A stretch of DNA of 63,369 nt. Source: Pedosphaera sp. (GTDB taxonomy: Bacteria > Verrucomicrobiota > Verrucomicrobiia > Limisphaerales > UBA1100). The translations under genes and the position numbers were made by a program. Numbering within the stretch: position 1 is the first letter of the stretch; each line of letters starts with the position of its first letter. The stretch lies in the NCBI GenBank assembly GCA_009695465.1, contig SIAW01000003.1, positions 1 to 63,369 of the forward strand. The letters run 5' to 3'. The notes beneath the pieces are model-generated. The model was not told the origin of the DNA. It saw only the letters and a program-made list of their open reading frames with translations, and made no database searches. Shown one piece after another: positions 21,995 through 31,800 of this stretch.

Positions 21995-24727
21995 TTAGGC
22001 AACCGCAATACTAACTAGTCTATTCGGCACGATAATGAATTTCTTTACTTCTTTTCCTGAAATAAATTGCTGGGCGCGCTCGCACGCCAAGGCCAACCGC
22101 TCAATTTCAGCGTTCGATGCGCCCCGCGGCACGATGATGTGCCCGCGCAATTTGCCGTTCACCTGCACGGGCAACTCCAACGTGTCCTCAATCAGCAACG
22201 CTTCGTCGAATGCCGGCCATGGTTCGTAGCCGAGCGAAGGCGCTGACTGGCCAGCGTGCAGTTTTGCCCACAGTTCTTCCGCAATGTGCGGCGCGAAGGG
22301 CGCGAGTAGTTGCAGGAATGGGCGCATCACGGATCGCGGACGCGTTTTCCAGGCGGTCGCTTCGTTCACGAAAACCATCATCGCGCTGATGGCGGTGTTG
22401 AAGCGCATGCTATCGAGATCCTCGGTGACTTTCTTGATGCACGCGTGCAGCACCTTGAGTTGCTCTTTCGTCGGCTCGGCATCGGTGAGGGTCGCGCTAA
22501 GTTTGATGGCCTCCAGCAATGCGCCGTGTTTCTCGGCGCTCGTGGCGGTGAGGGATTGCTCGAACTCCGTCTCGCTCGCCTCGTCCACGAAGAGCCGCCA
22601 CACGCGGCCGAGGAACTTGTAAACGCCAGCCACACCCTGCGTGTTCCACGGCTTGGTGTCCTGCAACGGCCCCATGAACATTTCGTAAAGGCGAAACGCG
22701 TCCGCGCCGTATTCCACGAGCACATCGTCGGGGTTCACCACGTTGCCGCGCGACTTGCTCATCTTCTGGCCGTCCGCGCCGAGGATGAGTCCTTGATTGA
22801 CGAGCTTGTAGAACGGCTCGGCGGTGGAGACGTGGCCGAGGTCGAACAGAACCTTGTGCCAGAACCGCGCGTAAAGCAGATGCAACACCGCGTGCTCCGT
22901 GCCGCCGACATACAAATCCACGCCGGGCGTGGATTTAGGGGATGGGGAATGGGAGATAGGGGATAGGGTGGAACCCATCCAGTAGCTCTCCGCGTCCTTG
23001 TTCACGAAAGCCGTGCCGCATTTCGTGTCGAGATAGCGCAGATAATACCAGCAACTGCCGGCCCATTGCGGCATCGTGTTCGTCTCGCGCACCGCGCCGT
23101 CGGGCAGGTTCACCCACTCCTTCGCGCGCGCGAGCGGCGGTTCGCCAGTGGCGGTGGGTTTGTAATCCTCGAGCGCTGGCGGCAAAAGCGGCAGCGCGCT
23201 TTCCGGCAACGCTTCGTGATAAAGATTCCCGCTGGCGTCGCGCTTCCAGATTATCGGGAACGGCTCGCCCCAATATCGTTGCCGGCTGAAAAGCCAGTCG
23301 CGCAACTTGTAGTTGATGGTCTTCTTGCCGAGATTCTTTTCCTCGAGCCACGCCGTGATTTTCTTCTGCGCTTCGATGGTCGGCATGCCATCGAGAAAAC
23401 CCGAGTTCACCGCCGTGCCGTCGTCAATGAAACCCTGCCAATCGGTTTTCGAATCCAGCGGCGCGACGACTTGCACGATGGGCAAGTTGAACTTCTGCGC
23501 GAACTCGAAATCGCGCGTGTCATGTCCGGGCACCGCCATGATTGCGCCGGTGCCGTAAGTCGCGAGCACGTAGTCGGCGATCCAGATGGGAATCTTCTCG
23601 CCGTTGACGGGATTGATTGCGTGCGCGCCGGTGAAGACGCCCGACTTCTCCTTCGCCAGTTCCGTGCGTTCGAGATCGGACCGCGTCGCCGCGAACTCCT
23701 GATATTGCTTCACCGCGTCGCGCTGCCCGGCGGTCGTGATTTCGCCGACGAGTTTGTGCTCGGGCGAAAGCACCATGTAAGTCGCGCCGAACAACGTGTC
23801 CGGGCGCGTGGTGAAAACGCGGATCTTCGCCGCGTGACCGTCCATTTGGAAATCCACTTCCGCGCCCTCGCTGCGGCCGATCCAGTTTCGCTGCATCTCC
23901 TTTAGCGAATCGCTCCAGTCAATCGTGTCGAGATCCGCGAGCAACTTCTCCGCGAACGCCGTGATACGCAGCATCCATTGGCGCATCGGCTTGCGGAAGA
24001 CCGGGAACCCGCCCACCTCGCTCTTGCCATCAATGACCTCCTCGTTCGCCAGCACGGTGCCGAGTTCGGGACACCAATTCACCGGCGCTTCGCTGACGAA
24101 CGCGAGCCGCTTAGAATCGCGATGGGCGCGGCGCTGCTCCTCGCTGTCGCAACCGTCGGGATACGCGAGCGTGCTGATTGGCTCGGCGCGGTTCGTCGCC
24201 GGATTGAACCACGAGTTGTAAATCTGGAGAAAAATCCACTGCGTCCAGCGGAAGTAATCGGGATCAGTCGTCGCCACCTCGCGCGACCAATCGTAGCTGA
24301 ACCCGAGCGACTTAATTTGGCGCGTGAAGTTGGTGATGTTCGCCTCGGTGGTCACGCGCGGGTGCTGACCGGTCTTCACCGCGTATTGCTCCGCGGGCAG
24401 GCCGAAGGAATCCCAGCCCATCGGATGCAGCACATGCCGACCCTGCGCGCGTCGCCAGCGGGCGAGAATATCCGTGGCCGTGTAGCCCTCGGGATGGCCG
24501 ACGTGCAATCCCGCGCCACTCGGATACGGAAACATGTCGAGGATGTAAAACTTCGGCGGCAACTGCGTCGCGGCTACGTTTCCGGAGAGTCCGTGGCGCA
24601 CGGCAAACGGATGCGCGGCCGGCACGGCCTCGCCGGGATTAAAAGCGCGGAAGGTCTCCTCGGCAGCCCAGTGCTGCTGCCACTTGGGCTCGAACAAATC
24701 AAACGGATACTGTCTGCGCATGGACAT
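21995..24727 (-). CDS. leuS: leucine--tRNA ligase
   Basis: 910 aa with HVGHPEGY (HIGH), KMSKSRGN (KMSKS), a CP1 editing domain and full-length LeuS similarity. Confidence 0.98.
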   Translation of the reverse strand: MSMRRQYPFDLFEPKWQQHWAAEETFRAFNPGEAVPAAHPFAVRHGLSGNVAATQLPPKFYILDMFPYPSGAGLHVGHPEGYTATDILARWRRAQGRHVLHPMGWDSFGLPAEQYAVKTGQHPRVTTEANITNFTRQIKSLGFSYDWSREVATTDPDYFRWTQWIFLQIYNSWFNPATNRAEPISTLAYPDGCDSEEQRRAHRDSKRLAFVSEAPVNWCPELGTVLANEEVIDGKSEVGGFPVFRKPMRQWMLRITAFAEKLLADLDTIDWSDSLKEMQRNWIGRSEGAEVDFQMDGHAAKIRVFTTRPDTLFGATYMVLSPEHKLVGEITTAGQRDAVKQYQEFAATRSDLERTELAKEKSGVFTGAHAINPVNGEKIPIWIADYVLATYGTGAIMAVPGHDTRDFEFAQKFNLPIVQVVAPLDSKTDWQGFIDDGTAVNSGFLDGMPTIEAQKKITAWLEEKNLGKKTINYKLRDWLFSRQRYWGEPFPIIWKRDASGNLYHEALPESALPLLPPALEDYKPTATGEPPLARAKEWVNLPDGAVRETNTMPQWAGSCWYYLRYLDTKCGTAFVNKDAESYWMGSTLSPISHSPSPKSTPGVDLYVGGTEHAVLHLLYARFWHKVLFDLGHVSTAEPFYKLVNQGLILGADGQKMSKSRGNVVNPDDVLVEYGADAFRLYEMFMGPLQDTKPWNTQGVAGVYKFLGRVWRLFVDEASETEFEQSLTATSAEKHGALLEAIKLSATLTDAEPTKEQLKVLHACIKKVTEDLDSMRFNTAISAMMVFVNEATAWKTRPRSVMRPFLQLLAPFAPHIAEELWAKLHAGQSAPSLGYEPWPAFDEALLIEDTLELPVQVNGKLRGHIIVPRGASNAEIERLALACERAQQFISGKEVKKFIIVPNRLVSIAVA

Positions 24728-24795
24728 CGGGCGGGGATATTGGGCAAAGGCACAGGCCAGAGCAATTGCGGAATTGGGAAGCGCCGTTCGCGACT

Positions 24796-25494
24796 CTATT
24801 TCCCAGCCTTGGCGTCGATGCGGGTGCGCAAGAGTGCCGAACGTGCGATCGCTGCCACAATTTGTGGCGCGGACATTTTCTTGGCCACTTCATCACGCCA
24901 TTTTTTAGAAAGCTGATGAGTCTCCGCCGAGAGATGGAACCACGCGTAGGACTCCACACGATCCCTCTCAATGCCGAACCCATCCCGGTACATACAGCCC
25001 AACGCGCATTGCGCCGGCACATGATCCTGCTCCGCCGCCAGCCGATACCACTCCATCGCCTTCGCCACGTCCTTCTTCGCTCCATCGCCGTATTGGTACA
25101 TCACACCAAACTCATATTGCGCGACGGGAAGATTCTGCGCCACGGCCAGCCACCGCCACTTCAACGCCTCCGCCTTGTCCTTTTTCACACCGACACCAAA
25201 CTCGAAAATCGACGCGATGCAGTGCTGCGCCTCGGCATCGCCCTGCGCCGCCGCAAGCCGGTACCATTTCAGCGCCGCACCAAAATCCTCCTCCACGCCC
25301 TCGCCCATATAATAGCGCTGACCCAGTTTGGATTGTGCCTTGGAATCACCCGCATCGGCCTTGGCGCGCAACTCCGCCAGCGCCTTGGCAGCCAGCGCCC
25401 TTTTCTCAGCGAAAGTCTGGCCACCGCAAATGTCGGCCGTGAATAATAGAGCGAAGCAGAACCCTGCAACCCACCTTGTCGTGGAACCCATCAC
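24796..25494 (-). CDS. Sel1-repeat protein, secreted
   Basis: 232 aa with a signal peptide ([18 protein letters not shown]) and about 5 Sel1 units (AQ..LG..Y..G.GV..D...A..WY..AA.QG). Confidence 0.8.
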   Translation of the reverse strand: MMGSTTRWVAGFCFALLFTADICGGQTFAEKRALAAKALAELRAKADAGDSKAQSKLGQRYYMGEGVEEDFGAALKWYRLAAAQGDAEAQHCIASIFEFGVGVKKDKAEALKWRWLAVAQNLPVAQYEFGVMYQYGDGAKKDVAKAMEWYRLAAEQDHVPAQCALGCMYRDGFGIERDRVESYAWFHLSAETHQLSKKWRDEVAKKMSAPQIVAAIARSALLRTRIDAKAGK

Positions 25495-25596
25495 GCACCC
25501 AGCTTAACTCATCCGCCAATAACTTCAACGTCACTCGCACGCGACAAGTCTATCGCCTTCTGCCGCGAGCGATGTCACCTTGCGCCCATCACCGAA

Positions 25597-26949
25597 ATGA
25601 AAACGCCACTCGCTCTCACGTTGCTCATCGCGCTGTGCTTCGCCCAACCCACGGCAGTGCGTGCGGCCGGCAAATATTTTGAGATCACCTATCCGCGGCC
25701 GGCGCAGGCCAAGGCGGGCGAGTTGTCACTGGGCGTCACGTACACGCTCTGGCTGCCCGAGGGCGTGCAGAAGGTGCGCGGGATCATTGTCCATCAACAC
25801 GGCTGCGGCGAGGGCGCGTGCAAAGGCGGCGCGACGGCGGCGTACGATCTGCACTGGCAGGCGCTGGCGGCAAAGTGGGACTGCGCGCTGCTTGGTCCGT
25901 CGTATCATCAAAGCGAGAAAGATAATTGCCGGCTTTGGTGCGACCCGCGCAATGGTTCGCATAAAACTTTCCTGCGCGCGCTCGATGAGTTCGCCGCGAA
26001 GTCCGGTCGCGCTGAACTCGCGCGGGCACCGTGGTGTCTGTGGGGCCACAGCGGCGGTGGTTTCTGGGCGAGCCTGATGCAGACGATGTATCCCGAACGC
26101 ATCGTGGCCATCTGGTTTCGTTCCGGCACGGCATTCGCCACGTGGGAGAAAGGCGAGATTCCCAAACCGGAAATTCCCGCCGCTGCCTACGGCATCCCGA
26201 TCATGCTCAACCCGGGCGCAAAAGAAAATGGCGACACCCGGTTCAGCGGCGCGTGGACCGGTTCGCTGGCGATGTTCAAGTGGTACCGCGCAAATGGCGC
26301 GCCTGCAGGCTTCGCGCCCGACCCGCGCACGGCGCATGAATGCGGCGATTCGCGTTACCTCGCCATCCCGTTTTTTGACGCGTGCCTCGCACTGCGTCTG
26401 CCCGCGAAGGGCGCGGTGGAGCAGAAACTCAAGCCCATGGATCAGGAGGAAGGATTTTACGCCACGCTGTTGGGCGACAGTTTCAATGGGCCGATTAAAA
26501 TGGACGCGCGGCCGCGAGTTAATTTCAAGCACATGAACTGGCTCCCGACCGAAGCTGTTGGCAAGGCGTGGGTGCAGTATGTGAAAACGGGCGCGACGGA
26601 AGACACCACGCCGCCGCCCGCGCCGTTCAATCTGCGCGTCGCGGCCAAGCCCGGTGGCGCGGAGTTGACGTGGGATGCGGCGGCGGATTTCGAGAGCGGC
26701 CTCGCGGGATTTGTCATCGAACGCGACGGACAAGAACTGGCGCGGCTGCCGGAAAAACCCGTGGGCCGTTTTGGCCGCGCACTGTTCCAGCCGATGTCCT
26801 ATCACGACACGCCGGAGAAACCCAAAGACGGCGCGCTGCCTGCGATGCGTTTTGTGGACACCACAGCGAAGCTCGGCGCCAAGCACGTCTATCGTGTCAT
26901 CGCCATCAACAGCGTCGGGCTGAAGTCCACGCCCGTGAGCAGTCCGTAG
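25597..26949 (+). CDS. secreted alpha/beta-hydrolase (esterase) with C-terminal fibronectin type III domain
   Basis: 450 aa with signal peptide MKTPLALTLLIALCFAQPTAVRA and nucleophile elbow GHSGGG (WGHSGGGFWA). The C-terminal approximately 100 aa are FN3-like (PAPFNLRV...LTWDAA...YRVIAINSVG). Confidence 0.65.
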   Translation: MKTPLALTLLIALCFAQPTAVRAAGKYFEITYPRPAQAKAGELSLGVTYTLWLPEGVQKVRGIIVHQHGCGEGACKGGATAAYDLHWQALAAKWDCALLGPSYHQSEKDNCRLWCDPRNGSHKTFLRALDEFAAKSGRAELARAPWCLWGHSGGGFWASLMQTMYPERIVAIWFRSGTAFATWEKGEIPKPEIPAAAYGIPIMLNPGAKENGDTRFSGAWTGSLAMFKWYRANGAPAGFAPDPRTAHECGDSRYLAIPFFDACLALRLPAKGAVEQKLKPMDQEEGFYATLLGDSFNGPIKMDARPRVNFKHMNWLPTEAVGKAWVQYVKTGATEDTTPPPAPFNLRVAAKPGGAELTWDAAADFESGLAGFVIERDGQELARLPEKPVGRFGRALFQPMSYHDTPEKPKDGALPAMRFVDTTAKLGAKHVYRVIAINSVGLKSTPVSSP

Positions 26950-26972
26950 CGCAGCGCGTCAGCCCGATTCGC

Positions 26973-27893
26973 TCACGAAAAGAACGGGAAGAGTTTCTTG
27001 AGTTCCGCCGCGTCGGGTCGGCGGCCGTACTCGCAAATCTCGAATGCCTCGGCGTGTTTCACCTGCGCGCCTTTTGCGTCGCCGTGCCATTGCTTAAGCT
27101 CCTTGCGGAAACGGTCGGCGATGGACTGGAACCGCGCGGCGTGCGACGCGCGCACGGCGGCGATGCGCTTGGGTTTGTCGGCGGGCGTCTTGGGCAACAG
27201 CAACGCGCTGCCAGTCGCGCCGCCTTCCAAGAACTGCGATTCCATCACGGCCAGCGCATCCAGCTTCTTCTCGATGACCGCATCAATGGAGACGACAATG
27301 TCGGCGGTGGACGGGTTGGGTTTCTGGAAGCGGTCGGTGTAAAACAGGAAGAGCGGGTTGCGCGCGAGCGGCGGCGTGTCCGGGCAGATGAACGGCACGG
27401 CCACCATGTAGGCGGCGTCCTGCACCAGCACGCCGGTGTAGCGATGGTCGGGATGATAATCGTTGGGGCGCGGGCTGAACACGATGTCCGCGCGCCATTG
27501 CCGGATGAGTCGCGTGATGTGGCGGCGATTCTCCAGCGTGGGCATCAGCTCGCCGTCGTGGATGTCGAGCACCTCCACGTGCGTGCCGAGAATCTTGGAT
27601 GCCTGCTCCACTTCCTCCTTGCGGCGCAGCGCGAGCGGGCCGCCTGCCTGTCGCCAGTGACCGATATCGCCGTTGGTCACGGAGACAAACTTCACGTGAT
27701 GCCCCGCCTGCGCCCACAACGCGCCCACACCGCCGGTCTGCAATTCGCAATCATCGGGGTGCGCACCAAAACAGATGATGCGCAGCTTGCCATCCTCGAC
27801 ACGCCCGGCGGCTGGCTGCGCCAGTGCGGACAACGATGTGGCGGCGAGGGAGAGCGAGGCCAGAAAATGGCGGCGGGAGAGGTGGGGCTTCAT
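26973..27893 (-). CDS. PIG-L/LmbE-family deacetylase with Tat-type signal
   Basis: From ATG 27893 the protein reads MKPHLSRRHFLASLSLAATSLSALA, then RIICFGAHPDDCE (the PIG-L zinc motif) and HPDH. The track ORF extending to 28634 is an antisense over-extension. Confidence 0.82.
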   Translation of the reverse strand: MKPHLSRRHFLASLSLAATSLSALAQPAAGRVEDGKLRIICFGAHPDDCELQTGGVGALWAQAGHHVKFVSVTNGDIGHWRQAGGPLALRRKEEVEQASKILGTHVEVLDIHDGELMPTLENRRHITRLIRQWRADIVFSPRPNDYHPDHRYTGVLVQDAAYMVAVPFICPDTPPLARNPLFLFYTDRFQKPNPSTADIVVSIDAVIEKKLDALAVMESQFLEGGATGSALLLPKTPADKPKRIAAVRASHAARFQSIADRFRKELKQWHGDAKGAQVKHAEAFEICEYGRRPDAAELKKLFPFFS

Positions 27894-28001
27894 GGAGTTT
27901 CCAGTACAGAAGCGCCCAGTCTTGCGCAAGGCATTTGCGCCCGGCCCAACCGCAGTGGTTTTCCATTGGACAATCCTGCGCGTGCCGACTGAGATGCGGT
28001 C

Positions 28002-28694
28002 ATGAACCCGCTGCGTTGTTTGCTCTTGCTGTGCTGTGCGTCCGTGTTGTTGTCCGCCGACGCCGCGCCCATCCGCATCATCGCGCTGGGAGATTCCATC
28101 ACCAAAGGTGTTCGCGGCGGTGTGACGGTGCAGGAAACTTTTGCCGCGCGAGTGGAGGCGACACTGCGCGTGCAGGACATCGCGGTGGAGGTGATCAACA
28201 CCGGCATCGGCGGCGAGCGCACCGATCAGGCGTTGGCGCGGCTGGACAAGGACATTGTTGCGCTCAAACCGGCCATCGTCGTCATCATGTACGGCACCAA
28301 CGACAGTTATGTGGATGTGGGCCGCACCGAGCCGCGACTGACGGTGCAGGAGTATCGCGCCAATCTCGTGAACCTCGTCAAGCAACTGCGTGCCGCAGGC
28401 ATCGTTCCCATCCTGATGACCGAGCCGCGCTGGGGTCGCGCCGCCAAACCCAATGGCGCGGGCGAACATCCCAATCTGCGTCTGGAAAAATATGTCGAGG
28501 CTTGCCGCGCCGTGGCGCAGGAAATGAAGGTGCCTTTGGCGGATCACTTCCGCGTCTGGACCGAGCAGGAAACCAAAGGCGTGGACGTGGGAACGTGGAC
28601 GACGGACCAGTGCCATCCCAATCCTCTCGGCCACCAGAAATTGGCGGACACACTGCTGCCCATCCTGCGCGCCGCGCTCCCGGCAGCCAAGTGA
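28002..28694 (+). CDS. SGNH/GDSL-family hydrolase
   Basis: 230 aa with a signal peptide, block I IRIIALGDSITKG, block III MYGTNDS and block V DQCHPN. Confidence 0.82.
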   Translation: MNPLRCLLLLCCASVLLSADAAPIRIIALGDSITKGVRGGVTVQETFAARVEATLRVQDIAVEVINTGIGGERTDQALARLDKDIVALKPAIVVIMYGTNDSYVDVGRTEPRLTVQEYRANLVNLVKQLRAAGIVPILMTEPRWGRAAKPNGAGEHPNLRLEKYVEACRAVAQEMKVPLADHFRVWTEQETKGVDVGTWTTDQCHPNPLGHQKLADTLLPILRAALPAAK

Positions 28695-28805
28695 TCGCCA
28701 CGGGCGCTTGGCCGTGATGTTGCAGCCAAAATTGTGCAGTCAAATCAGCGGCAAGCATCCTGAATTTGCGTTGTCACTCGCCGTCCAACCGGCTACGAAT
28801 TAACT

Positions 28806-31800
28806 ATGTTGACCCTGTTGGTACGCATCCATTTTGTATCTCTAGTGACGGCTGTGGCTTTGCAAGCGGCGGAGGTGAAGCCTGTCAGTTATTACAAGGA
28901 CATCCGGCCGATTTTCCAGGCCAACTGCCAAGGCTGCCATCAACCGGCCAAAGACAAGGGCGGTTATGTGATGACCGATTTCAAACGCCTGCTGGCGGGC
29001 GGCGACAGCAAGAAGACGGCGATCGTGCCCAAGGACGCGGCCAAGAGTCATCTGCTGGCGATGTTGCAGCCCGGCAAAGATGGCAAGGTGGAGATGCCCA
29101 AAGGCAAAGAGCCGCTGCACGCGACAGAGATTGCGATCATCACGCGCTGGATCAGCGAAGGCTCGACGGACGATTCCCCCGCAGCCACCAAGCAGGTTTA
29201 CGACGCGGCTCATCCGCCGGTGTACACGCTGCCGCCGACCATTACGGCGCTGGATTATTCCCCCGACGGCGCGCTGCTGGCGGTGGCGGGTTTCAACGAG
29301 GTGCTGCTGCACAAAGCTGATGGCTCTGGTTTGGTGGCGCGGCTCGTCGGCATTTCCGAGCGCATCGAGTCCATCCGCTTTTCGCCGGACGGCAAGCGGC
29401 TGGCCGTCACCGGTGGACGCCCGGCGCGCATGGGCGAGGTGCAGGTGTGGGATATGGAGAAGCAGACGTTGCTGCTCTCCCACGCGGTGAGCTACGACAC
29501 GGTGTACGGCGCGTGCTGGTCGCCCGATGGCAACACGATCGCCTTTGGCTGCGGCGACAACTCCGTGCGCGCGATTGATGCCAAGACCGGCAAACAGATT
29601 TTCTTCCAAGGGGCGCACAACGACTGGGTGTTGGGCACCGCCTTTGATGTCAAAGGCGAGCACCTCGTCTCCATCGGCCGCGACATGACAGCCAAGCTCA
29701 CGCACTTCGCCAGCGCGCGGTTCATCGACAACATCACCTCCATCACGCCGGGTGCGCTCAAGGGCGGCATCGGCGCGATTGACGCGCATCCGGACCGCAA
29801 CACCATTCTGGTGGGCGGCTCCGACGGCGCGCCGCAGGTGTTCCGCATCTTCCGCCAGACCGCGCGACAGATCGGTGACAACGCCAATCTCATCCGCAAA
29901 TACACGGACATGCCCGGCCGCGTCTGCGATGTGCGCTATCGCAAAGACGGCAAGGCATTCGCCGCCGCCAGCGCGCTCGACGGCAAAGGACAGGTCGTGA
30001 TCTGGGCCGTGGACGCCGCGGTGGCGGTGCCCGCCGATGTCCAGAAATTGTACGCCAAGCCCGCCGCCCAACGCACGCCGCAGGAGGAGAACGTGCTGGA
30101 TAAATTTGAGAGCGACAACATGAAGCAGGTCGCCAAGGTGGACGTGGCGGAAAGCGGCATCTACGCGCTGGCCTTCACGCCGGATGGCAAGACGCTCGCG
30201 GCGGCTGGCTCCGACGGTCACGTGCGCCTGCACAACGCCACTGACGGTGCGGTGATTAAAAAATACATGCCCGTCACGCTCAGCAAACCCGTCGTGGGTG
30301 TCGCCGATCAGTCCGTCGCCAGTCTCACGACCGATGAGCTGAAGCTGGAAACCTTGCCCAAAGATTTCGTGGTGGCCGCGCTGGAGATTTTCCCAAAAGA
30401 GATTGAGCTGCGCGATCGCACCGAACACGTGCAGATGTTGGTGACGGCGAAGTCCTCCAGCGGCGAGGCCGTAGATGTCACGCGCATGGTGAAGATGACC
30501 GTGAGCGGCGGTGTGGCGGATGCGTCGCTGCGCGGCTGGTTGACGGCGCTCAAAGATGGCGACGGCAAAATTGACATCACCTTCGCGGGCAAGACGGCTA
30601 CGGCCACTGTGCGCGTCACGGGATTTGGCAAGCCGTTCACGGTGGACTATGTGCGCGATGTGATGCCCACGCTCTCCAAGGCGGGCTGCAACGCCGGCAC
30701 CTGTCACGGCGCCAAGGACGGCAGGCGCGGGTTCAAACTCTCGCTGCGCGGGTACGACCCCATTTACGATGTGCGCGCGTTGACGGATGAGCTGTCGGCG
30801 CGCCGCGTCAATGTCGCCTCGCCGGAGGACAGTTTGATGCTGCTCAAATCCACCGGCAGCGTGCCGCACGAGGGCGGGCAGGCCATCCGCCCCGGCTCCG
30901 AGGCGTATCGGATCGTCTATCAATGGATCGCCAGCGGCGCCAAACTGGATTTGTCCACGGTGCGCGTGGCGGGCATCGAATTGTTCCCCATCAACCCCGT
31001 GGTGCAGCAGATTGGCGGACGCCAGCAGATGCGGGTGTTAGCCACCTACGCCGACGGGCGTAAACGCGACGTGACGGCCGAGTCATTCATCGAGAGTGGC
31101 AACATGGACATCACCACCTCCGACAAGGGCGCACTGGTCACGGTGCTGCGCCGGGGCGAGGCCGCGGTACTGGCGCGCTACGAAGGCGCGTATGCCGCGA
31201 CGACCATCACGGCGATGGGCGACCGCACTGGATTTGTCTGGCAGACGCCGCCGACGTGGGGCCGCATTGACGAGCTGGTCGCCGCCAAGTGGCAGCGCAT
31301 GAAAATCCAGCCGTCGGATCTGTGCACCGATGCGGAGTTCTTCCGCCGTGTGAATCTGGATCTCACCGGCCTGCCGCCCACGGCCGATCAAGTGCGGCAG
31401 TTCATCGCCGACACCCGCGACACGCGCGTCAAGCGCGATGAGGTCATTGACAAGCTGGTGGGCAGCGATCCTTTCGTGGATCACTGGTCCAACAAATGGG
31501 CCGACCTGTTGCAGGTGAACCGCAAGTTCCTGGGCACGGAAGGTTCGGTGGCGTTCCGCGATTGGATCCGCAACGAGGTGAAGACGAACACGCCGTACAA
31601 CGAGTTCGCCTACAAGATTCTCACCGCGACAGGCTCCAACAAAGAGAACCCGGCGGCGGCGTACTACAAGATTCTGCGCGCGCCCGACGCCATCATGGAG
31701 AACACCACGCACCTGTGGCTGGCCACGCGGTTCAACTGCAACAAGTGCCACGACCATCCCTTCGAGCGCTGGACACAGGATCAGTATTATCAGACGGCCG

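Noticed and set aside
22934-22970. Telomere-like TTAGGGG/ATGGGG repeats as a sign of a mobile or foreign element
   Set aside because: The tract is only about 40 nt and in frame inside leuS. It has no flanking direct or inverted repeats and no associated genes. It is kept only as a coding micro-insertion with G4 potential.
26973-28634. 553-aa version of the PIG-L ORF, and similar 5' over-extensions at 6750-7838, 12728-13969, 37409-38872, 61621-63324, 15539-17467, 17498-18850, 59100-60845 and 60746-61543
   Set aside because: The track takes the most upstream ATG, GTG or TTG. The extensions overlap neighbouring genes or the SRP RNA. They lack family similarity, and internal starts give canonical N-termini or signal peptides.
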